Of a stretch of DNA of 64,000 bases, positions 58,321-64,000 are shown piece after piece. The position numbers and the translations under genes are program-made. The stretch's first letter is position 1. The number at the start of each line of letters is the position of its first letter. The stretch lies in IMG/VR virus record IMGVR_UViG_3300042302_000394, positions 124,001 through 188,000 of that record, one strand, 5' to 3'. The notes beneath the pieces are model-generated. The model was not told where the DNA came from. It did not search any database and saw only the letters and a list, made by a program, of their open reading frames with translations.

Positions 58321-58572
58321 TCATTTACTGTCGTAGTCTTTAACAGGGCCGCCGTGTAATTCACTCTTAGACTTTTTGCCTTTGAGTCTTACACCGCTGC
58401 CTGCCTTGCCCTGTGTACCCGTACCGTCAGTATGATTGCTATCATGTTTAAGCATGCCGCGGCTCACGCATTGTGAATAGCGCACATTACTCAATCTAGA
58501 ACGCCCAATAGAGCATTGGCTAGCAGTAGGTGCGGCTATTTTCTTTTCGGCAAGTAGTTCTGTGATTCGCAT
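58321..58572 (-). CDS. small basic protein (MRITELLAE N-terminus)
   Basis: TAAATA 5 nt upstream; CTS-like start. Confidence 0.7.
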   Translation of the reverse strand: MRITELLAEKKIAAPTASQCSIGRSRLSNVRYSQCVSRGMLKHDSNHTDGTGTQGKAGSGVRLKGKKSKSELHGGPVKDYDSK

Positions 58573-58580
58573 AGATTTAT

Positions 58581-58901
58581 TTATTTGAATAGGATCAAAC
58601 TCATAATTACTGTCTGTGCCGCAAAGCCCAAACAGATAGTAGCAATGTACAAGAAGTTACGTTCAATAAGAGCTTTAAAAAACAGCGTGATCAATGCACT
58701 CCAAACAAATACCATTAAATCTACAGGAGGCAGCTTATCGCTCTGCGCCATCAATACTGCTACAAGAGTAGGAATACTAGACAGATGCAGTAGGATAATT
58801 GTAACCCAACCTAATGTATGGGCACTTACATGCCCAAGGTGATCTTTAGCAAATTTAACAAGAAATAATACTGCGTCTTTAATTTGATCAATGATAAACA
58901 T
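58581..58901 (-). CDS. small multi-pass membrane protein
   Basis: Three to four hydrophobic segments. Confidence 0.7.
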   Translation of the reverse strand: MFIIDQIKDAVLFLVKFAKDHLGHVSAHTLGWVTIILLHLSSIPTLVAVLMAQSDKLPPVDLMVFVWSALITLFFKALIERNFLYIATICLGFAAQTVIMSLILFK

Positions 58902-58909
58902 ACTTGTCC

Positions 58910-59491
58910 TTACTTGTAAAAAATGTGATTGCCGATTTTAGTGATACGTTCTCTCTTCCAGCCTGGATTGATATAATCACCGTGGAAGTACATGGCCTCT
59001 TTTAGGCTAGGAAGGCGAAATCCTTCTAGTAGAACTTTCTTAGCGACTTCTTCGCTTTCTTTAAAAGAAGCCTTGTTCACTGCCCTAGTTGGAACAGTCC
59101 TGTCACAGACCCAACTAAATTGGCATAGGACCTTTTCATAGACAATGTTCTTTTGATAGATTGTCTTGCAGATATCGCTTGGATACTGCCCGCTTTCAGT
59201 TCTGTTTATTGTAACTTGTGCAACTGCAACCTTGCCCTCAAACGGCTGATTGCCTGCTTCATAATAGATGTTCTTGGCGAGACAAGCTAATTGTCTTTCG
59301 CGAACTTCTGTTGTAATTTGGGAACTATCTGTTACTTGATAATTAGATTGCTTGTTAGCAATGGCCCATTGTAATAGAGATACAGATCCATAAGCAGCTA
59401 CAATCATCAACAATAATGTGATGATCTTCAACAAAGTCGAAGAAACTTGCACCTGTGTATCTTGATCCCTATCTAGCGTTAACTCAGTCAT
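58910..59491 (-). CDS. cell wall hydrolase SleB family with N-terminal membrane anchor
   Basis: CLAKNIYYEAGNQ..GKVAVAQV..NR, CQFSW, IGNHIFY. Confidence 0.88.
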   Translation of the reverse strand: MTELTLDRDQDTQVQVSSTLLKIITLLLMIVAAYGSVSLLQWAIANKQSNYQVTDSSQITTEVRERQLACLAKNIYYEAGNQPFEGKVAVAQVTINRTESGQYPSDICKTIYQKNIVYEKVLCQFSWVCDRTVPTRAVNKASFKESEEVAKKVLLEGFRLPSLKEAMYFHGDYINPGWKRERITKIGNHIFYK

Positions 59492-59590
59492 ATAGACCTC
59501 CTTTTTCGTTAGTGGTAAAATAATTATACAACAATGACTATTATACAGTCAAAGTTGGTAAAAAGCAACCGGTTTTGGTAAAATCTAGGA

Positions 59591-60142
59591 TTACTTAATG
59601 CCAATAAGCATAAATCTTGAGAACTTCCAAGTGGGGTACTCAAAGTCTTTTTGGCCGCGGTACAGTAGGTTACTAACTGGATAAGTCCCGATGAACTCGT
59701 CTAAACTACTGCTGTGTATGTGGTGGTCTTCGTGCGGCATATTGTTGCCTTGAAGTACTACAGTGGTTCCTTTTGGGATACTGTTCCACCAATCCAAACT
59801 TTCGAAGTGTTCGGTGCTTGTATTTATAACCAAATCTGGGCCGTGCCAGTCCAGATCAAGTAGATTACAGTCCTGGGTTTTAGCTTTAAACTTCCAGTTA
59901 TCTATAACCCAATTCTCGTTGATCATGTCCGCCACAGCTTCGCATTTTGGATCAACGTCGTAACTGCGTATCTTTCCAATCTGTATATTGCCTCGACTGT
60001 TTAATAGGAACGCTGTTACTCCATACCATCCGCCGTAGATCCAAATACTATCGACAGAATCAAAAAGTTTTTCTAATTCTTCGCAGAGCCAAATCTTACT
60101 TCCTATTTGACCGCTACTAAATGCATCCTTATTCACTATCAT
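59591..60142 (-). CDS. class I SAM-dependent methyltransferase-like protein
   Basis: IYGGWYG, SYDVDP, INTSTEH. Confidence 0.55.
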   Translation of the reverse strand: MIVNKDAFSSGQIGSKIWLCEELEKLFDSVDSIWIYGGWYGVTAFLLNSRGNIQIGKIRSYDVDPKCEAVADMINENWVIDNWKFKAKTQDCNLLDLDWHGPDLVINTSTEHFESLDWWNSIPKGTTVVLQGNNMPHEDHHIHSSSLDEFIGTYPVSNLLYRGQKDFEYPTWKFSRFMLIGIK

Positions 60143-60251
60143 ACTTTAATTTCAATATTTTTTTCAAGACTAGGAACCCTAAATATAGCATCTATTTACT
60201 GAGAGATCAAATGTTGTTAATATAACAGTATTTTATTTAATAAATACCGCT

Positions 60252-62216
60252 ATGCCTGATAGATCTATACAATTACTAACTGATGTTTTTCCAAATTCAA
60301 CTACAAATCATGGTAATTTGAACAATCCCGATATAATACTAGTCCAGGCACCTGGATGGGGAGTGCAAACAGCTCCGCTTTCTTTAGCATCACTTTCAGC
60401 CTATGTTCGGCAGAAAGGATACAAGATTTTACCATTAGATTTAAATGTTGAATTTTTTGCTATTAGACCTGAGAAATTTTCCATAATGTGGGACATAGAT
60501 CAATCTCAGTGGTTTTGGGAATCTAAAGACTGCGTTAATGACCTGTTAACCGAATACAAAAAAGAAATTGATGACTTTGTCGAGTTAGTGGTGTCGACTA
60601 ATACACCATTAGTTGGATTTAGTTTATACAACACTTCAATGCATACTTCGATGCATCTTATCAAACTGCTCAAAGCACGTAAGCCTGAGCTAAAGATTAT
60701 TGTCGGTGGTCCTCATGCCCACCGATATCTAGCTGGTAATGTTTTGGCAAAAAATCCGTTAATAGATGCAGTCGCCCAGGCTGAGGGAGAAGAAACATTA
60801 GTAGACATAATTGAGCGTGTTCGAAAAAATCAATCATTGCTCGATTGCCCTGGATTGTTAGTGTTTAAAGACGGAGCAGTACATGCTACTCCAACAAGGC
60901 CAATGATTCCAAAAATCGACACTCTTCCGATACCCCACTACAGTGATTTTTCATTAGCTCCTTACCTATCCCCAACACGATTACCAATGGCGTCTAGTCG
61001 AGGGTGTCCTAATAAATGTATATTCTGTAATGAGCAACCTTATTGGGAATCATATCGATTTCGGTCTGCAGAAAGCATGATTGAAGAAGTTAAGTACCAA
61101 TTAAAATTATATCCTGAAATTGACTTTATTGACTTTCAAGATAGTTTATGTAACGGGAAGATAAGCGCAATTGAAAAGTTTGCCGAATACCTCATTGAAA
61201 ATAAAATTAAAATACAATGGGCCGGACAGGCAGTTATTAGAAAAGAAATGACCGAAGAACTGATGATAAAATTAAAACAGTCCGGATGTGTGGTCATGGC
61301 CTACGGATTAGAAACTCCAAACCCTACACTTATGAGGAGTGTAGGAAAGTTATTATCAAAAGGTGCCGATATTGATAAAATTGCTGAATCTCATGCAAGG
61401 ACCGGACTTAATGCAGTTTACAATGTCATGTTTGGGTTACCGGGAGAAACTGAAGAAGATTCATTAATGGTCTTAGAGTTTTTAAGACGTAATTCAAAAA
61501 ATAAATTATATGTAAATCCCAGTGCAGCATTTTGCGGATTTGCTAACGGAACTCCTGGATGGGAGAACGCAGAAAAATTCGGTATTGACAAAACACTCGG
61601 CGGAACTTTTTGGAAAAGTGTAGATGGTAATAACACATTCCTAGTTCGATTAAAAAGATTTGAAGATTTTTGTCGATTAGTTTCCGACTTAGGTATAAAA
61701 ACCACTTATCCGTCGACATATCTTCTCAATAGAAATCAAGTCATTGCCCAATATTATATTGCAATAGGTCAACCAGAAAAAGCAATATACTATTACACAG
61801 AATGGGTTAAAGATCATCCCGAAGATCAAATAGCTAAAAAGTTTTTATTCGAATATTCAGGTTTCTTAAAAAGTACCCCAAGTTCAAATGTTTATGCAAT
61901 TAGCCGGCATTCGGATGAGAATTGGTTAAATGGTGTTGCTAGAAATTGGGGGCCTGCAATATTATTTTCACATGTTCCTTACATTTTAGAAGAATTAACA
62001 GTTGGTAAAATTGTACAGTTTTCAGATCTTCAAACAAGAAAAATAATTAGAGTTGAAGATAATTTTGAAAATGATTGTATTGTAATACACCTCGACGGCA
62101 CTCATTTAGATGGAGATCAAGTTGGTTGGCCAAAACTAATAACTGTTTTAGAGGAGCCTAGCAAAGTTATCCCTATTAAGATAGTTAATTACACAGAAAT
62201 AGATTTTAAAAAATGA
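60252..62216 (+). CDS. cobalamin-binding radical SAM enzyme
   Basis: VGFSLY..IIVGGPHA B12-binding domain; SRGCPNKCIFC CxxxCxxC; YGLET; TPR-like C-terminal segment. Confidence 0.88.
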   Translation: MPDRSIQLLTDVFPNSTTNHGNLNNPDIILVQAPGWGVQTAPLSLASLSAYVRQKGYKILPLDLNVEFFAIRPEKFSIMWDIDQSQWFWESKDCVNDLLTEYKKEIDDFVELVVSTNTPLVGFSLYNTSMHTSMHLIKLLKARKPELKIIVGGPHAHRYLAGNVLAKNPLIDAVAQAEGEETLVDIIERVRKNQSLLDCPGLLVFKDGAVHATPTRPMIPKIDTLPIPHYSDFSLAPYLSPTRLPMASSRGCPNKCIFCNEQPYWESYRFRSAESMIEEVKYQLKLYPEIDFIDFQDSLCNGKISAIEKFAEYLIENKIKIQWAGQAVIRKEMTEELMIKLKQSGCVVMAYGLETPNPTLMRSVGKLLSKGADIDKIAESHARTGLNAVYNVMFGLPGETEEDSLMVLEFLRRNSKNKLYVNPSAAFCGFANGTPGWENAEKFGIDKTLGGTFWKSVDGNNTFLVRLKRFEDFCRLVSDLGIKTTYPSTYLLNRNQVIAQYYIAIGQPEKAIYYYTEWVKDHPEDQIAKKFLFEYSGFLKSTPSSNVYAISRHSDENWLNGVARNWGPAILFSHVPYILEELTVGKIVQFSDLQTRKIIRVEDNFENDCIVIHLDGTHLDGDQVGWPKLITVLEEPSKVIPIKIVNYTEIDFKK

Positions 62217-62995
62217 AAAGTTTTTTAAATCAATATAATGTTATATCTGAAGATATACCAGGGTCCTTACAATTTCCCAGTGCATTAGTATGGGACTCGT
62301 TATTAGGTTATCAAACCGAAAATAAAGTTGTGCGTAATTTTTTAGAAATAGGTGTATTACATGGAAAGTCTGCAATGCTAAGTGGGCTATATGCACAGGC
62401 CAACAACACACAGCAGGTGATTGTAGATCCCGGTGAATGGATGGACACAACTTATTCAAATTTACTATCAAAGATTGAGGGATTAAATCTAAGATTAATA
62501 AATGATTATTCTAACAGTTTGGTGCATTTTCATTATTCTATTTTTCAAGAACATTCTCGCGATTATTCATGGTTTCATATTGATGGCGATCATAGTTATG
62601 CACAATGCTATAAAGATTTAATTTTAGCTGATCATTTTTTGTCTGACTATGGAGTTGTTATTGTTGATGATTTCTTTTCAACCATGTTTCCTCAGGTTAC
62701 AGCTAGCACTTTTTCATATTTAGAAAAACATCCATTAAATTTAAAAATGTTTTTAGTTGGTCAATGTAATAAAGCATATCTATGCAGACCGCCAGCATTT
62801 GATTTTTATAAAACGTTTTGCATAGATGTATTATCTAAAGATATGAAAGACCGAAAATATCCTGTAACTATAACTAAAACAACTTATCCTCAGGATTTTG
62901 ATTGTTACGGGTATCAACCCATAGGATGGACTGATGACAGAATGGAGTTTCGTGGTCCGGACTGGGATAGAACTAATTTTATAAAATATACCTAA
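62213..62995 (+). CDS. class I SAM-dependent methyltransferase (Methyltransf_24-like)
   Basis: FLEIGVLHGKS, FHIDGDHSY, VIVDDF. Confidence 0.82.
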   Translation: MKSFLNQYNVISEDIPGSLQFPSALVWDSLLGYQTENKVVRNFLEIGVLHGKSAMLSGLYAQANNTQQVIVDPGEWMDTTYSNLLSKIEGLNLRLINDYSNSLVHFHYSIFQEHSRDYSWFHIDGDHSYAQCYKDLILADHFLSDYGVVIVDDFFSTMFPQVTASTFSYLEKHPLNLKMFLVGQCNKAYLCRPPAFDFYKTFCIDVLSKDMKDRKYPVTITKTTYPQDFDCYGYQPIGWTDDRMEFRGPDWDRTNFIKYT

Positions 62996-62998
62996 CAG

Positions 62999-64000
62999 TT
63001 AATTTTTCCACCACGGCAAATATTTTTCTGTATTGTGATTTCGATAAGCATCCATCTTTTTTATTATCGAAACACTGTTTTTAAAATTTATATCTGACTC
63101 AGGTGTTCCGATTAAAAATGTAATCATTGCACTCAATATGTTAGCCTTTTCTTTAACTGCATCTTTTTCAAGTAGTTCTCTATTGTTTTCAAACCAGGTT
63201 GCAATTTCTTGATACACTGTATTTTTATAAGCTGTTGGTAAATTACTCGGGGATGCATAGCTTGGATCGTAGATATAATTTATGTGAGGAAAGTTTAAAA
63301 TATTCTTTCCTTCCAACCTCACAATATAATCTAACAATTCTGTAAATTTATGTGTATTAAAAATAGAAAACACAGTGTGAAACTCGATACCAATATTTTC
63401 GTTTTCATTCGAATATTGAACTATGCTATCAATATTATCTTTAACAATGTTCCATTTTCCAGGATATCTAATATATTCGTACATATCAGCAACAGCATCA
63501 ATACTTACTTTAATAGTCATAGTCTTAAAATGGCTCCAGATGTCAAACCATTTTGACGGTGTCACAGTTAAATTTGTATGTATAGATAAGTCAACCTGTT
63601 TAGATAAACCTGAACTAATTAGTTCTTTACAAAATGTATAAAAATCGTTGTTGATTAATGGTTCACCACCGGTTACTAATATCTGCACTAATCCGTCAGT
63701 CTTTACTAGGTCAAGGATATGTTTAATTTGATCATAGTTCCATTGAGCTTTATAATCACTTTCTTTTTCACCCCATGGTTTAATGTTGAGGAATTTAAAT
63801 TCTTTTATTAGTTGATCGCTAGCTCCCGGGGTACACATCTTGCATTGTAGATTACACTTATTCGACCAACTTAAATCTAAGTAATTTACATCAACAGATT
63901 CTAACTTGCCCGTATGCATTTCAGTGTTTGTTATAATATCTTCAATCGGCCATCTCTTTACAAACCAATTTCTAACACTTTCACCCCCATTGTCCTCAAC
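62999..64000 (-). CDS. radical SAM protein, partial (5' end beyond window)
   Basis: KCNLQCKMC, TGGEPL; frame stays open from 63919 to 64000. Confidence 0.85.
   Translation of the reverse strand, partial: VEDNGGESVRNWFVKRWPIEDIITNTEMHTGKLESVDVNYLDLSWSNKCNLQCKMCTPGASDQLIKEFKFLNIKPWGEKESDYKAQWNYDQIKHILDLVKTDGLVQILVTGGEPLINNDFYTFCKELISSGLSKQVDLSIHTNLTVTPSKWFDIWSHFKTMTIKVSIDAVADMYEYIRYPGKWNIVKDNIDSIVQYSNENENIGIEFHTVFSIFNTHKFTELLDYIVRLEGKNILNFPHINYIYDPSYASPSNLPTAYKNTVYQEIATWFENNRELLEKDAVKEKANILSAMITFLIGTPESDINFKNSVSIIKKMDAYRNHNTEKYLPWWKN

Noticed and set aside
1-64000. Stop-codon reassignment
   Set aside because: Conserved genes (nrdA, clpX, ligase, pstS) are full length under the standard code

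Overview
This window is a segment of a large T4-like or jumbo tailed phage genome, probably from a proteobacterial host, with almost all genes on the minus strand. It has three broad parts. (i) 1-19.4 kb holds host-like and replication genes: clpX, rpsU (bS21), pstS, a cold-shock protein, glutaredoxin, iscA, iscU, nrdAB and nucleases. (ii) 19.4-55 kb is a late/virion region: small head-type proteins, a four-domain glycosyltransferase, LamG, Ig, pectin-lyase, glycine-rich and collagen fibre proteins. (iii) 55-64 kb holds HNH, infA, DNA ligase, a second IscA/ErpA, SleB and a methyltransferase/radical-SAM cluster. The ORF track misses several elements. The main one is a complete circularly permuted (two-piece) tmRNA gene with its own promoter and terminator, encoding the tag ANDAYFGEDRLAA; it lies about 3.6 kb from a phage ClpX with intact ssrA-recognition loops. 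Others are three translationally coupled Arg/Lys-rich micropeptides (24-33 aa), a 10-Cys metallothionein-like micro-protein, and stacked orphan C-termini of the LamG fibre gene next to a duplicated gene. At least 11 genes have a TAAATA box only 4-7 nt before the start codon (probable leaderless mRNAs). About 8 small proteins share an N-terminus resembling the T4 capsid-targeting sequence. All family assignments come from motif recognition by eye; no database search was run.
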